Shown: positions 13,913 to 27,569 of the stretch, in pieces
Layout of the letters: each line of letters starts with the position of its first letter
Numbering within the stretch: the stretch's first letter is position 1
NCBI RefSeq assembly: GCF_011745625.1
Contig: NW_027191456.1
Span: 62,001 to 126,000 of the forward strand
Direction: 5' to 3'
DNA from: Cladosporium halotolerans
Lineage: Eukaryota
DNA length: 64,000 nucleotides
Notes under the pieces: model-generated
Database searches by the model: none
What the model was told of the DNA's origin: nothing
Seen by the model: the letters and a program-made list of their open reading frames with translations, nothing else
Position numbers and translations under genes: made by a program

Positions 13913-16303
13913 TCAATTCGCCTGCTCAGAGCCCTCGGCCCTCTTGCGCTTCAACTCCTCGAGGAAGGCCTTTGCCTTCTCGCCCGATATCTCGCCGGCC
14001 TCCGCAATCTCCTGCTTTTTCATACTCCCGTGAAATCTTTTCGGCGCGGCAGCCTGCTTTGGCTTGGCGGCACCCAACGAAGGGAAAGCCTCGATGTTTG
14101 TGACGTCCAAAGACGTAGCCTGTACAGGAGCCTGACCATGACGCGGCGTCGGTGCCTGCCGACTCTGCCTGTGCTGCTGCCCGGCCTGGCCGGTGGACCC
14201 CGGGTTCACGTCGGCGGGCGTGGCTTCAGCCGCCTCCTCGACAAGGTGATCGAACAGCTCTCCATCAGCGGGCGGATAGCCGTTCCCCACAGCCCGCAAG
14301 ATCCTGTGAGCGCGCCTGAACTCGTCGCGGATGGCGACGATGCCGTTGTGCGTTACGGTACGGGCGACGTTGTGGGTCAGCTCGAAAGGGTCCTCGATGG
14401 CGAAGAGGTAGCGGTGCTGCACTTGCTTGCCGGCGCCCTGCTCCGTGACGGCCTTGACCCAGCCTTTTTCCTCTTTGGTAAGGATGCCGCCAAAGGAGCG
14501 GAGGGAGAGGACCTGGCCCATCCAGTGGAAGGAGGGCTGGCCACCTTGCGAGGAGTAGTACTGGAAGAAACCTGCGAGGAGTTTGCCGACGGTGTCGTCG
14601 TTTCTTGTCAGGGTACCGCGATGGGCGGCTTGTTTGATTTCATCCTCGCGGCGCCAAAAATCTACCTCCCAGCCTTCGACTTCGGCACGATCGGCGCTGT
14701 GAGGTGTGTAACGATCATGTGGCCGCCAGGGGTGTTGTAAGTTCGGCAGAACAGGCGGACGCGCGACGTTGACGAGGTAATGGAGAGCCATCAAGACATA
14801 GCCATAGCTTGGCAAGGTCCCTGAGTACGAGCTGTTGATTTTGCGTCGCTTGGCCCAAGATTTGATGAAGAGAATCATGGGGCGGACACGCGAGTCGCAA
14901 AGCGAGTAACAGCGCAGCATCTGCGTGTTGTGGATACCTAGAGGGTTGAAGAAATTGATGTCGGTCTGAATGCCGACACCGTCTTTTGGGAAATCAAGAG
15001 GTCCTGCCTTGCGTTCGCGGGTCCACGGCTCGCGTCTAGGCCGCTGAGCGTTCTCACCCGCCTTCAGATTGGCTTCTGTGAGCGTGGTAGTGTTGGCGTC
15101 AGCTTTCGCAATTTCTGCTTCATCTGTGTTCTTGGGCGCAGCAAGACTTGCTCCGTCCGAGACAAAACGTTCTCGTTCGTCGAAGACAGCTGCAATATCA
15201 CCTGGTAAGCCGTCGTGTACCGGACGCGTGGCGACATCCTCGGCTACTTTCTCTGAAGCGACAGCGAGATCGTCCTCAGCATGCTCGTCTTCATCCTTCT
15301 TGAGATGAGGGTACTTTAAGTCCCTATCAAGACGGTCCCAGTTCTCACGCTCTGCGCGCAATTTCGACAACAGGGTCGAGCCAGGAGTTTGGCAGACCTT
15401 GATGATAGGGACGCGAGTCCTCGTCAGCAGATGCGCGCCGTATCCGAGCTGTAGCAGACGCTTCTCCAGTGACCGTGGCAAGTCATCTTCCAAAGGAGAG
15501 AAGCATGTCGCGTTGGGATCGGAGCCCTCTACAACCAACACAAGATCCATATCAGAGCCGGCAGAAGCGAAGCCCGATTCAAAACTGCCAAAGCCTTCGA
15601 TTGAGACTTTGGGCAGGCGCTCAGGGTCCGTGGCACAGACTTCCTGGCAGACCTTTTCGAGCTCCTTGCGGAAGCTTTCCTTCTCATCGCGCTCAGCCTG
15701 ACCCATCTCGACGATGGGAATCTCCCTCATTGCTATTGCGTCTAGGTACCTGCCCTGGTTAAAGTACTGCTCACTCTGCGTAACCCCGCGTGGTGGCGCA
15801 CGATCGTAAGGCTGGTACAGCTGGCCGCGTTGATGTGGAGGCGGCCATCCGCCCTTATCGCCTCCTAATGTGGCAGGGTCGATGGGTTGAAGATGATTTG
15901 GATATTGACGCGGAGCTTGGTAGCCTCCATGAAATCCTCTACCACGCCCGCGATTTGAAAATGGAGTTTGGTGACCGCCACGCTGGAAGGAAGCATGTAG
16001 ATGAGTGCCTCTGCCATCCGCAAGGTATCTATTTGGTGGTAGTGGCCTCGCTTGGTACTCATTTGATGCATAGCCGCGACCTAAGGGCTGTGACGATGGC
16101 CGTGAGTGCTGATTGCGAGGAGGCAAGGCGTTGTTCTGTACATTTGCGTGTGCATGCTGATTCTGTGCACGGGCGCCGACTGGAGGTATATTGCCAGTGG
16201 CTTGAGGTGGCCCAACGTGCTGTGGTGACGAGGGACTATTTAATATCATGTTCCTGACCTGATTCTCAAGCCCGTCGATTTGCTGATTGTCGTTTGCGTC
16301 CAT
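13913..16303 (-). CDS. Non-canonical poly(A)/poly(U) polymerase, Cid1/Cid13 family
   Basis: Nucleotidyltransferase signature FGSFESG...SDMDL, TRVPIIK, DINF, IKSWAKRRKIN...GTLPSYGY; PAP-associated motif AIEDPFELTHNVAR; low-complexity P/Q/RG N-terminus. Confidence 0.88.
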   Translation of the reverse strand: MDANDNQQIDGLENQVRNMILNSPSSPQHVGPPQATGNIPPVGARAQNQHAHANVQNNALPPRNQHSRPSSQPLGRGYASNEYQARPLPPNRYLADGRGTHLHASFQRGGHQTPFSNRGRGRGFHGGYQAPRQYPNHLQPIDPATLGGDKGGWPPPHQRGQLYQPYDRAPPRGVTQSEQYFNQGRYLDAIAMREIPIVEMGQAERDEKESFRKELEKVCQEVCATDPERLPKVSIEGFGSFESGFASAGSDMDLVLVVEGSDPNATCFSPLEDDLPRSLEKRLLQLGYGAHLLTRTRVPIIKVCQTPGSTLLSKLRAERENWDRLDRDLKYPHLKKDEDEHAEDDLAVASEKVAEDVATRPVHDGLPGDIAAVFDERERFVSDGASLAAPKNTDEAEIAKADANTTTLTEANLKAGENAQRPRREPWTRERKAGPLDFPKDGVGIQTDINFFNPLGIHNTQMLRCYSLCDSRVRPMILFIKSWAKRRKINSSYSGTLPSYGYVLMALHYLVNVARPPVLPNLQHPWRPHDRYTPHSADRAEVEGWEVDFWRREDEIKQAAHRGTLTRNDDTVGKLLAGFFQYYSSQGGQPSFHWMGQVLSLRSFGGILTKEEKGWVKAVTEQGAGKQVQHRYLFAIEDPFELTHNVARTVTHNGIVAIRDEFRRAHRILRAVGNGYPPADGELFDHLVEEAAEATPADVNPGSTGQAGQQHRQSRQAPTPRHGQAPVQATSLDVTNIEAFPSLGAAKPKQAAAPKRFHGSMKKQEIAEAGEISGEKAKAFLEELKRKRAEGSEQAN

Positions 16304-16910
16304 GCTGGCGGTTTTTTGATTCGTGTCAGTGGCAGCAATGTGGTTTGATGTTGATCAAGAAGAGCTGTTGAGATTGTTGTTGCGTCTGCACCAACGCATC
16401 GAAGGACAGGCGATGCCCAAATTGGAATCTCGAAGCTGCTCGAGGTGTTTGATCAACGATGTCGATGACAGCAACGCCGTATATCCTCCGAACGATCAAA
16501 TGCAAGGCGGACAGCGTGCACGTGACGTTCGCTGGCGCGCTGATTGTGTTTGCTGGCGCGTGGTGAAAGCCGCAAGGAAGCTGTGGGGTTAGCGGCATCG
16601 CGGCAAACACGGCCGGCGCCGCAGGCTAGAGCGAACGAGCGTCACGGCCGCCTACCTGCAGGCAAGGGCGCCTTCAATTGTCCCGCGACCGCGACAACCA
16701 GCGATCGCTCGACGACCTTCTCCAGTCGCCTAACTGCGACCGTATGCCAAGTGACCACCGACCTACCGCTCCACCCATTTGATATTGCACAAAAAACCAA
16801 CAGCTGTTTGAGCGCAAAAGCAACTCCGCCGACGCTCCAAAGGCGTTTCTCGCAGCTCACAACACTTCCTGTCTTCGGCGCGTGAAACCTTTTCAATCGC
16901 CACCACCATC

Positions 16911-19001
16911 ATGAGTAACTCCGGCGCGCCCACTCCTCCTTCGGGACCGAACTCAACAACCCCGAACGCAGGTGGGCCAGCACCAATTCGTAGAAGAAGG
17001 CCGGCGGCGAGCGCGTTCGTAGAGAAGAAGAAGCCTGTAGCAAGGAGACCAGTGTCTGCACAAAAGCCCGCGTCCACAGGTCCAGGCCCTCAAGGGCAGC
17101 CGCCAGCTGCAAATGCGAATGCGAATGCTGCTGCTGCTGCACCGGCAGCTTCCAATCCCAACCAGCCTAACTACACGGAATACGGTGTTTACATCAGCAA
17201 GAAGGACATCGAGGATGGGATGCGCTACCACGGCTTCAAGTTCAACGTCAGGACTGGCGTGGATGAGAAGCCGCCTACCATCGATCCTTACGACGCCAAT
17301 CAATTCACTAGACCTGTTCGCCTGCACCGCCGGTACGCACGTGACAAGCAAGATACTGGAGAAGCTCTTGATGCGCCGCCTGGAATTGACGACAAGGAGA
17401 GGGAGCTGTATAATGCGCGTCGCGCGGAGCGTCAGGCCGAGAGAGAGGCAAACCAGGCTTTGATCGCGCCAACGGGGACGGTGTCGAAGAAGGCGCAGGG
17501 CAAGAAGAAGAACCAGAAAGCTGTGGAGGATGTTTACTACAACGAGGACAATCCGAAGCAGCAAAAGGCCGCCCAGCTACGATACGAGGAGACAAAGCCC
17601 TGGCATTTGGAGGATTTCGAGAACAAGAACACCTGGATTGGAACTTACCAGGAGCCCATGTCAAGTTCCAGCGTTCTTTTGACCGTGGATAAGGACCACG
17701 CCATTTTCACCATGACTCCGATTGAGCGGTGGTACAAGTTCACGCAAACGAACAGGCTTGCTGCCATGACTGCCGAGGAGGCGGAGAAGTACATGCAAGC
17801 GAAGGTGCAGCCCACTCGTTGGTTCAAGGGTACTCAGGTATTCAAAGACGAACAGAAGGTGGAGGAATCCAAAATGCAGCGGGAAAGGTTGGCGGCGATG
17901 AGACGGGCACAGGCGGCCGAGGACAACGGCTACGTTGCAGTCAAGGACGAAGGCGAATTTTACAACCCCGACAGAGACGACCTTGATTTTGAATTCAACG
18001 ACGAGTTCCAGGATGACGACGAAGGCCAAATCTTCGGTATGGAAGCGGACGAGGCCAAAGACATTGAGAACCGCATTCGTGAAGAGATGCGTGGCGCAAA
18101 CATCTCCGCGCCTGGTCTGAAGAACACCGAAATGGACTTCGACGAGGAAGAAGAGCGGCAGAAGAGGGAAGAAAGGGAGCAGAGGAAGCGTGAAAAGCGC
18201 ATGAAGAAGCAGCTGATTAAGAAGGAGCGCAAATTCGAATACGAAGACTACTCGGACGAAAATCCGTACTCGGAGTCTAGCGAGGACGAAGACTCTGATG
18301 ATGAACGCGACAGACTGGAGGAAGAGCGCAAGGCACAGGAAGAGCGTGACGCTGCTCAAGCTAACGGCGACAAGTCTGGCATGTCTACCAAGGGAGCCAA
18401 CACACCATCTGGTCGTTCAGAGAAGGATTCTTCGCGGTCAAATGCCGCCCTGGCCAGCGGGTTGAAGAGGCCTGGCTCTCCCAATTTATCTGATGCTAGC
18501 GGCACCGAGTCGCGGAAGAAGGCGAAGGGTGTGAATGGAAGAGCGATGTCTCCGAACGCGGCCAACGGCGTTCGCTCTCTTTCTCGTAAGTGTTGGACCC
18601 GTCCATTGCATCTTTTTTTGACGATATATTTCTAACAACACACAGCCGACGCAGCCAGATCCCGCCCCTCCGGCTACGGGTCCGGCAGCGACACCGACAG
18701 CTCTCGCGCCCGTTCGTCCCAGAAATTGCGCCTCAAGTCCCAGCCCGGCTCGCCTCGCGACGGCACTCCCTCCGGCACCCCTTCGGGCTCACGCGCCGGT
18801 TCGCCCGCCCCTCCCTCGCTTCCGACTCTCGAGGAAGTCAAGGCCGCTATTCCGGAGGACGGCATTGCCATCGCGGAGCTGGTCAAGATGTTCAAGAAGC
18901 GCGTCGTCGGGCAGGAGAAGACAGCTTTCTTCATTTCGCTCGTGCGACAGGCGGGCAAGCAAGACCAGGGCACGAAGAAGATTCACCCCAAGAGGGACTA
19001 G
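16911..19001 (+). CDS. TFG1: Transcription initiation factor TFIIF alpha subunit, 2 exons
   Basis: FTRPVRLHRR, LRYEETKPWHLEDF, ERWYKFT, acidic middle region, C-terminal winged-helix-like segment (PTLEEVKAAIPEDGIAIAELVKMF); intron ~18587-18645. Confidence 0.88.
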
Positions 19002-19999
19002 GCGTCTCTTAGGGGCTTGTTGAAGCGTGAGCGGAAGTGAGAGCGCATGAGTATGAGCAGCTCTTTGGTCTGCTTTAGTGAATGCTGTTTTCGGCGACTC
19101 CCAAGTGTCGGCCTTGATTGAGCGATTTCGAGCTGCATCTTGGTTTGCTTGAAGCTACGGTTACATCTCTTTCTCTGCGGCGGTAGTTTGGTGAAGCTAG
19201 CACATTGGCGAATGATACACCTGAGATTGAGACTGCTTGATGCATAAGCTTAGATTAATTACGAAAAGAACACACGAATCACGAATGCGGTTCTGCAAAT
19301 GCCCGTGATGATTGAGTACTACATCATGCCGGCACGCCGTACGTGCTGATGACCACGTTACAGCAGTGTTTCGGTGTGTTTTGCTTCATCTCGGCTTGTT
19401 TCGTCTTGCAGGACGCTCATGTCAAGAGAGTTGATGATTGGCCTTGGCGGAGCTGTCGCCCGCAGCGCAAGCGGCTTGCGCAGCGTTCATGGCTTGGACA
19501 GACAACGTACGTTGCGGCGTGAAGCTTGCTGCGCTCCCGTCCCTGCACGCGGTCAGGCTCCACTCTTGACCACCTCCACGCCCGGTCCCTCCAACCACAG
19601 ACCGACAGCCTGCGCCGCATCACCACCACCCCCCGTCCATAACCTGACCCTCTGCCCACCACCACCCCGCCAACACTCCCCCGGAACAATCCCCGGACAA
19701 CAATCAGCCCCAAGTCGCGAACGGCTGCATCTTCACGCCTCAGCCGCGCTTCCTCAACCTTTCTTTGTGCCTACAGACGCCGGCCCGGCTCGCCGAACCA
19801 CCACCCCCAGCCCTCGATTACACCACACCACAAAGGCCAGCAATCGCTAGCCAACTGGGCAGCAAGCTTTCGAGACTGCGCCAGCGGATTCCCCTTTTTC
19901 GCGAGAATACAACCGCCGCTCGCCGCAAGTGGACGACCAGGACAGGAAGCGCGAGCCGACAACATCCTGTTAGGAGACGGTCGGGAATAATAAACAGAC

Positions 20000-20854
<855 letters not shown>

Positions 20855-21631
20855 TGAACAAGAAACTTGGCTGTTTCCGTGCGAGGTTTACGCGATGGAA
20901 TACGAAGTCTTGCAGCGGAGTCTAAAGGGGGCGGCAGACGAGGCGGATGTCTCAGCTTCACTTCGTCTCGTCTCGACGAGATCAGCACGATTTTGTCCCT
21001 GTTCGCGCTCTCCCCAGCCATCCAGCTCACTCCCACAGCCCACTCGCATACATAACCCTCCTCACTCCCCCATCCACCAGTCTCCAAGACAGGCGGGGTC
21101 GTCTAGATATCTCTTTCCCTTCCTTCCTGATCTTCTTCTCGCCAGGCGTCATACACCCGGATCGGCGTTCATTTGCTTGTTGGCCTGGTCCTTCAAAACT
21201 TCACCTGCTCAAAAACAGGGAAGCGCAGAAAGGGGCGGGACGGGATTTGGAGGTGGGGTTGGGATGGGTTGGCTTGTGTTTCTCTTTTCTTGTTCCTTCG
21301 AGCTTGCCTGTTTGAGGGTATCGGTGCTCTTCTTGTTTTCTTCTTTTTCGGGACCGTATCTAGATTGTACTTTGTCTAGGCTAGTGGGAATGGAGAGTGC
21401 ATTGTACAGACCTTTTGCGCCCGTCTGTGATCGCTAACAACTACTTGCCCTGAAATTTTCTAGTCTCCCGCAGAAAATGATTGCATGTGGTACTACCGTC
21501 TTTCGTCGACTATTGAGACTAGATTTTCCGCGGAGAGTTTAATAGATGGACCGTACGAGAACAGGTCGTTGTCATTTGATGCTACAGCACGCTATTATCA
21601 TACTGTCTACCAACACGTCACCAGAGTTGCA

Positions 21632-23026
21632 TCATTCGTCCTCAACAACCGTCCCAAAGTTCCAGACTTGCTCGGGCTCGCTCAGCTTAACACCCAGTTC
21701 TGCCGCCAAGCGCTCCATGTCAATGGTAGTCGTCTTGTTGAACCAGAGGCCAGTGGAGTCGAAGATTCCACAGTCCGGCTTGCACTCAGGCGTGATCCTC
21801 TTCTCATCGGTGCCGACGTGTTTGCATCGGCGATGGTGAAAGTAGTAGTTGATCTTCCAGCTCAGCTTACGGTTCGCGGCTCCGGTGCGGAAGCTCGTCG
21901 CGATCTTCCGGATCTGCGTGGTCATGCTTCGGCTATTTCCCATCTTATCAAGGTCGGCGGAAAAGGCGACGTCGGTCAGCTGGAGACTGCGTATGTTGTC
22001 GAGCTTTTGTAGGAAACGGACCATGTCGAAGTTGAAGCATAGCGGCCGCTCGACGTATTTGGAGGGCTGGGTGCGCAGCTCAAGATGCTCGAGTCGTGGG
22101 AAGTTGCGATGCTCGAGCATGTAGTCGAGGGTGTCATCGCAAAAAGAGGAGAACCGTTTCATCGTTGTGGCAAAGACCAGGACCAGGCTCTGCAGGGTGT
22201 CGGCGGCGGCTTTCAAGGCGCCTTGAGAGAAGATGAGCCAGTCTTCCGAGCTTTGGACCTGGTGAAGAGACTTTCGACAGTGATATTCGAAGCTGGTGAG
22301 GTACTGCATCTTCGCAATGGAACTCGGATCTTTGAATTGCTGGGGGGCATCCTCGAATACAAGTGCAAGTCCTTCGAGCTTGAACCTGTGAAAGTTGATA
22401 TGCGGGTGCTGGAACATCGACATGATTGCGTCCACGTGTGAGAAATATTCCTTGCTCAAATGACCCATGCTTAGGTGTATTGGGGCATGGCGAGCCGACT
22501 CGTAGTACGAGCGACTGTCTTGCGACATCATGTTGAATCCTGGCTTGAGACAGTCCCCGACGAAAGAGAATGCATCGACTTTCTTGAGGCGTGCGAGCGC
22601 TGTTAAAATTGCGCTATAAGTTTCCTCGAAGCTTGCAGCATCATGCTGAAGTATATCCGTCTTTTTTCTTAGAAAACGGCTCGGCCATTGGTAGGCGGCA
22701 TATCTAGTCCTCCCGTATCGCGGAGGCCAAAAACTTACGGCGACGAAGCAGATCTCCTCGATATCGGAACCAAGGTCGGAATGGCAAATATCAATAGTTT
22801 TTTGCAAGGAGCTGTATGAAGGATGGACGTAGAGCACCTTCAGCCTCGATCGGATCGTAGTGGTGCATGCTGGCACGAAGAACTTGCTCGCTTCGCGGCA
22901 TCGTAGGACATCGGTGACAGTTGCATATTCGAGAATTTTGAGCAGCAGCTCATCAGGAAGATCTTTGACTGACTTGGTAGGCTGTTTGAGAGGCTTGCGC
23001 CATTTGCGGTTGTTCTGGAAGACCAT
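21632..23026 (-). CDS. F-box domain protein (intronless, probably lineage-specific)
   Basis: N-terminal F-box-like DLPDELLLKILEY..DVLRCREASKFF; LxxL-type C-terminal region; TATATAAA about 60 bp upstream. Confidence 0.65.
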   Translation of the reverse strand: MVFQNNRKWRKPLKQPTKSVKDLPDELLLKILEYATVTDVLRCREASKFFVPACTTTIRSRLKVLYVHPSYSSLQKTIDICHSDLGSDIEEICFVAVSFWPPRYGRTRYAAYQWPSRFLRKKTDILQHDAASFEETYSAILTALARLKKVDAFSFVGDCLKPGFNMMSQDSRSYYESARHAPIHLSMGHLSKEYFSHVDAIMSMFQHPHINFHRFKLEGLALVFEDAPQQFKDPSSIAKMQYLTSFEYHCRKSLHQVQSSEDWLIFSQGALKAAADTLQSLVLVFATTMKRFSSFCDDTLDYMLEHRNFPRLEHLELRTQPSKYVERPLCFNFDMVRFLQKLDNIRSLQLTDVAFSADLDKMGNSRSMTTQIRKIATSFRTGAANRKLSWKINYYFHHRRCKHVGTDEKRITPECKPDCGIFDSTGLWFNKTTTIDMERLAAELGVKLSEPEQVWNFGTVVEDE

Positions 23027-23519
23027 GTTGGTAGTCGATGTCCGATATGAGTGTGTAGTGGTGGAAGTGGAGTCGGGGTGGAGTTTATATAGGGTGATTT
23101 GTCGAGCTGTCGAAAACTGTCACGGGCTGGTTCAGTACAAAGCTCCTGGGCGATCCATGTGAGTCAGCTTTGGCGTTCATGTGGCAGGAGCTTTCGAATG
23201 GGTACTGCATACACTGCAAACGATCACCTCAGGTGAATTCGGTCTGGTTAGCAAAGTGAATGACCATGTGATTACTGAGTTACCGTCGTCTCATCCTGCG
23301 CAAAGAGACTCAACGCAATCACTTTATGCACGGCACAGACCTAGGTTAGCCATTGAGGTTCAGCAATTGTCAGAATTATGCTCGTGGCTCGAGCGAATTG
23401 AAGGATCACGGACCGGTTTCCATTACGCATTCTCACATTATCCCATGCTCATTGTTCAAAACGCCTTGCATCATTACACCCCGACATGTGCTTTTAATCG
23501 CTCCGAGTCCTACAACACT

Positions 23520-24097
23520 TCACTCATCCTTCTCCGCCTCCTCATGCCCAACAGGCACCAACTTGCCCACCACCAAATACTTCTCGCTAAACCGCTCCTC
23601 CCAACCGCGCATAGCCTCCATCTCCTCCGCGCCCAGATCCTCCAACCGATCCAGAGGGCCATCCAAATCCTCCGTCAGCATATCCTCGTCGAAGCTCCCA
23701 CACGCCAGGCCGCGGCTCGCGTCGCGGCCGGCGAAGTTCGCGTAGGGCCCGCCGGGCCCGTAGAAGTTGCGGCCGGGCGTGACGTCGAAGACGCGCCCGC
23801 GCACGGCCAGGTAGACGGGCATGTTGTTCGTGCCATTGTAGGGTTTGAGCTGGGGCGGCGTGAAGGTTTTGAAGACTGTTGGGGCGGGAGGCGTGGGCAG
23901 GGCGGTTGCGGATTTCGAGGGGCGCAGGCGCATGTAGACTAGGATGGAGAAGAGACTGAAGAGGAGGATATTGAGAGGGGTCGCGATGGTGGCGCTGCGG
24001 AGGGGTTGTGTTAGTTTACTTGTGGTGATTCTGTCTGGTGGGGTGAGATAGAGAAAGCGTACACTTGCGTCGCTGGTGGTGCTTCGGAAGAGCTCAT
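23520..24097 (-). CDS. DAP1: Membrane-associated progesterone receptor / cytochrome b5-like heme-binding protein (Dap1), 2 exons
   Basis: VYLAVRGRVFDVTPGRNFYGPGGPYANFAGRDASRGLA, KYLVVGKL; N-terminal TM PLNILLFSLFSILVY after the intron. Confidence 0.92.
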
Positions 24098-25538
24098 TTT
24101 GCGCTCTGTACAGAAGAGTATAGAGCTGATTGTAGTATCAACAAGCTCCTCTCTCAAGAATCGTAGAGTTGCGGCCTTCTTGCGCCTATTGCGAAACCTG
24201 ATATCCAACAGCTACCCTTTGAGGTCATCAGCTCGTTACGGGCGCTCCGCAACGCCCGCCGGCCGGCGGGGCGACTCCAACGGCTCGGCCCTCTCAGGGA
24301 CGCCGCACCATCGCAGCCCCGACCGTCCAAACTTACAATATCCTTGTCTACACTGCCACCATCTATGCCTTGCAGCTCTAAGCGAGTAGTCTGTGTGTTG
24401 CGTGTTCCCGGGTCCCCGTGGGCGTACACTGTCGCGTATCAGGCTCGTGCAAACATTGTTACGCCGCATCGGAGTAGAGGTGCGGCAGTCCATCCCAACT
24501 CAAAAGAAAGGGGCATCTGTCAATGCCACGGCTTGATCGCTTCGATGAGGCGTGTCAAAGTTCCTTGGTCTTTGCTATACGAGCTCAACACAATGACGCC
24601 GAGGCACACACAAAAGGAAAGGTGAAAGCCTCCCCTTGAATGACATAGCCGTCTCACGTTGAAGATCGAGAGTGACGAGAGCGATCTCTCACGGACGTCG
24701 TCAATCTTCGATGGACCTCAATCTATCTTCGATGAAGTCGTTACCAGCCATCGGGTATACCCTCCATGAAAGTTGTGCGAGCCGCGGATGAAGATCCACG
24801 AGGGTGGGACGTGAATATCAGTGGCTTCGGGCGGCGCTGAAGCGAAGAAAGCATGCAGCAGATAGGAGGACACGGACGTCAGCCTTGGGCGAGCAAAGTC
24901 TGTGCCATTGGAACGCGCATGGCTGCGAACCATCGAATGCCGAAGTGCATCTACGCTCGCGAGTGAGATCGAACATTTTTTGAGGTATAGCGTGGACGTG
25001 ATAAGGCGTTGGAGCGGTATATGTCTCTGGCGCCCGCCTCCTGATCCAGATGCAAGCCAGCAACGCCCGCTAACAAACGGCCAACCCGTGGGGTGTGCTT
25101 CTCACCACTGCCACGACTGCGCTGCTCGTCTCGCCAGCCGGTTGCCGAAGCCCACCGATGCCCTGAAGAGCAGGTCGGGGGCCAATCGCAGGCATTCCAG
25201 CAGGGCCGCTCGTGTGAGACCTGTAATTTCATCTCGACAAAGGGCCGTGGGTGGACTCGCTAGGATGATGCCATTTATTGCACCCATGCCGCTTGGCCGT
25301 TGCCGCTCCTGGCAGGCGAGCCACCGTGGTTGGTAGAGTAAAAGGTGCACTACTGCACCTCCTCGACCGTGAGTCTGCCGTGTCTGCCTCGCCATACCAT
25401 CTGCCCTCTCGACGCTCTCACAGGCCCGTACGACAACAAGGTCCCGCTGCCGGCGCGCTGCAAGCCAGGCTAACCCTGCCGTGCTTCAGAGGCGCGTCCG
25501 ACTTGAAACACGACGTCAGCCGCCGCGCGCCTCGATAA

Positions 25539-27020
25539 ATGCCCAACATGTCCACGCGGACTGTCTCCATCAACAACAGCGCTCCTCGAGCTGGCCTCGT
25601 GAAAATGCCCACCTACACTATCCAGGAGGACGCCCCGTGGATGACCGATCGCCCGCCTTCCGCCGTGTCCTCGTCTGTTTACAGCGACACCCCCACGATG
25701 CAGGACGGCGAAGGTTCGCCTCGCTCCCTGAAAGCGGCTCCCTACACCATCCATGAGACACACATTCCCGATCACGGCCCGCAAACAACGCGACAAACAC
25801 GCCTTCCCATCTTCAACCAGGTCAGAACGATGCTCAGCAAATCAAACGCTTCCTCCAAAGAAGATGTGCGACCCAGTGAGCCAGCACATGCAGGGAAGAA
25901 GGCGGCTCTGAAACCTTCAAAATGGGACGGTGTCTTCGACACGCGCCGCTACTCTCCCGGACTCAAATCTCTCAAATCTAAGAAGAACGACTCTAGCATT
26001 TCAATCTCCCGCGACTCTGACGCAAGCTCTATTGCATCAGGACGCAGCACGTCAGCGCATGATTCCTCCGCCCGCAGCTCAACACCAACCCAGATCTCAG
26101 TGAACGCCGTCTCACAACTTCCCCGCGGCGTGTCAGCAAAATCACAAGTGAAACGCAAGCCTGTGATGTCGCTGTCACCCTCAGCGACCGAGAACTTCGC
26201 TCCACAAGACATGTTGACCGTCCCCGACGCCAACCCGCACAGCAGATTCAGCTGGTCCACCGCCGCTCCCTCTGAAGCACCCAAGAGACTTTCCACAGAC
26301 ACCGCGGCGACCGGCGCAGGTCGGCCGCCACTTGTTTCTCACTTTAGCTGGACCACCATTGGCACAAGCGCCGTGCCAACCCCGAACGAGGAACTCGACG
26401 ATCCCACCTCGCCACCACCCATGCCCTCGCCCAAACCCGAGCACGCCAAATTCAGCGACACGCCAACAGAATCCATCCTCTCCCGCAAACGCCCCGTCCG
26501 CCGCGCCGACGCCGAAGACTACGTCCCCTCCACCCCCCGCCAGCGCGCCGACACCACCGGATCCAGCGACGACTCGACCCCTCGAGCAACCCCGCGCGCA
26601 CGCGTCCTCTCCTTCGGCGAGCAGACGCCCACGAAAGCCCCCTCAGCCTCCAACACCGCAACTCCAACGTCCACCGCCACCAGCAACGCGAAGAAAGCCC
26701 TCCCCCTCCCACCCTTCATGACCTCGACGCAAGCCTCGCACCTCGAGCTCCTCGTCACGCAGGAGAAGAACCTCACCATGCAGCGGCAGAACATCGAGCG
26801 CGCGATCAGCGACCTGGAGAGAGTGGAGCGCGCGAGCCCGCTCGAGGTGCCGTTCGCGGCGGTGCGGGATGCGAAGCGCAGGCTCGACGAGCGCAGGGAG
26901 ACGCTGCGCGAGGTGAAGATGGAGGAGATGGATATTGGGATTCGTATTGCGAGGGCGAGGCGCAAGGAGGATTTTGGGGAGGGCGAGGGCACGCTTTGGG
27001 TGAGGAGGGTTACTGGGTAG
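25539..27020 (+). CDS. Hypothetical S/T/P-rich protein with C-terminal coiled coil
   Basis: 493-aa ORF with coding-like codon bias; repeated SRFSW/SHFSW motif; coiled coil ending LWVRRVTG. Confidence 0.7.
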   Translation: MPNMSTRTVSINNSAPRAGLVKMPTYTIQEDAPWMTDRPPSAVSSSVYSDTPTMQDGEGSPRSLKAAPYTIHETHIPDHGPQTTRQTRLPIFNQVRTMLSKSNASSKEDVRPSEPAHAGKKAALKPSKWDGVFDTRRYSPGLKSLKSKKNDSSISISRDSDASSIASGRSTSAHDSSARSSTPTQISVNAVSQLPRGVSAKSQVKRKPVMSLSPSATENFAPQDMLTVPDANPHSRFSWSTAAPSEAPKRLSTDTAATGAGRPPLVSHFSWTTIGTSAVPTPNEELDDPTSPPPMPSPKPEHAKFSDTPTESILSRKRPVRRADAEDYVPSTPRQRADTTGSSDDSTPRATPRARVLSFGEQTPTKAPSASNTATPTSTATSNAKKALPLPPFMTSTQASHLELLVTQEKNLTMQRQNIERAISDLERVERASPLEVPFAAVRDAKRRLDERRETLREVKMEEMDIGIRIARARRKEDFGEGEGTLWVRRVTG

Positions 27021-27463
27021 GATCCTAGGTGAGGGGGTGATGTTTTGATGTTTTTGTTTAGGAATTGGGAATTTGGGAAAAACGAGCGAGCGAGGCGTTT
27101 TTGCGTCTTTGGGGATTTTGCTTTTGAGAACTGGAAAGTTTGCCTGATTTGACGACTCTGATGGGCAGAAGTAATGGATGCCTCTGTAAGAATACTGGTT
27201 TGGAAAACGGATTGTGTAAGATACGTAATGCGCGAATACCCTGATAGCAACAGTGATAATTGATTTCTTGTTTGACAGATGATACAGTTTTGAGATTACT
27301 TCATTGTTCTTTGCGGTACCCGGTAGAGGGAATGGAATGTCTGAACAGGGTTGCGCCTGGGTCAGTCCAGGCCTTTAGTGCTACCAGTGCTTTGCACTTT
27401 GATTTTTATTATATAATGTGCATAAAGCAGCATCACATCATCAAATCACAGCATCAGCTGTTC

Positions 27464-27564
27464 GGGGATATGGTCTAGCGGTATGACATCTTCTTAGCAC
27501 CATACAAGCACCCCTTGTATCTGTTAAGTGGAGAAGGTTCCCGGTTCGACTCCGGGTTTCTCCA
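27464..27564 (+). tRNA. tRNA-Ala(AGC) with 29-nt intron (27500-27528)
   Basis: Acceptor GGGGATA/TTTCTCC with the G3:U70 Ala identity pair; anticodon stem TCTTC/GGAGA; AGC at 27496-27498; intron after position 37 with internal hairpin ATACAAG/CTTGTAT; T-arm CCCGG-TTCGACT-CCGGG; discriminator A. Confidence 0.95.
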
Positions 27565-27569
27565 TCTTC

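Noticed and set aside
19305..19350. C/D box snoRNA-like GTGATGA...CTGA
   Set aside because: Boxes only ~45 nt apart, with no terminal stem or recognisable rRNA guide
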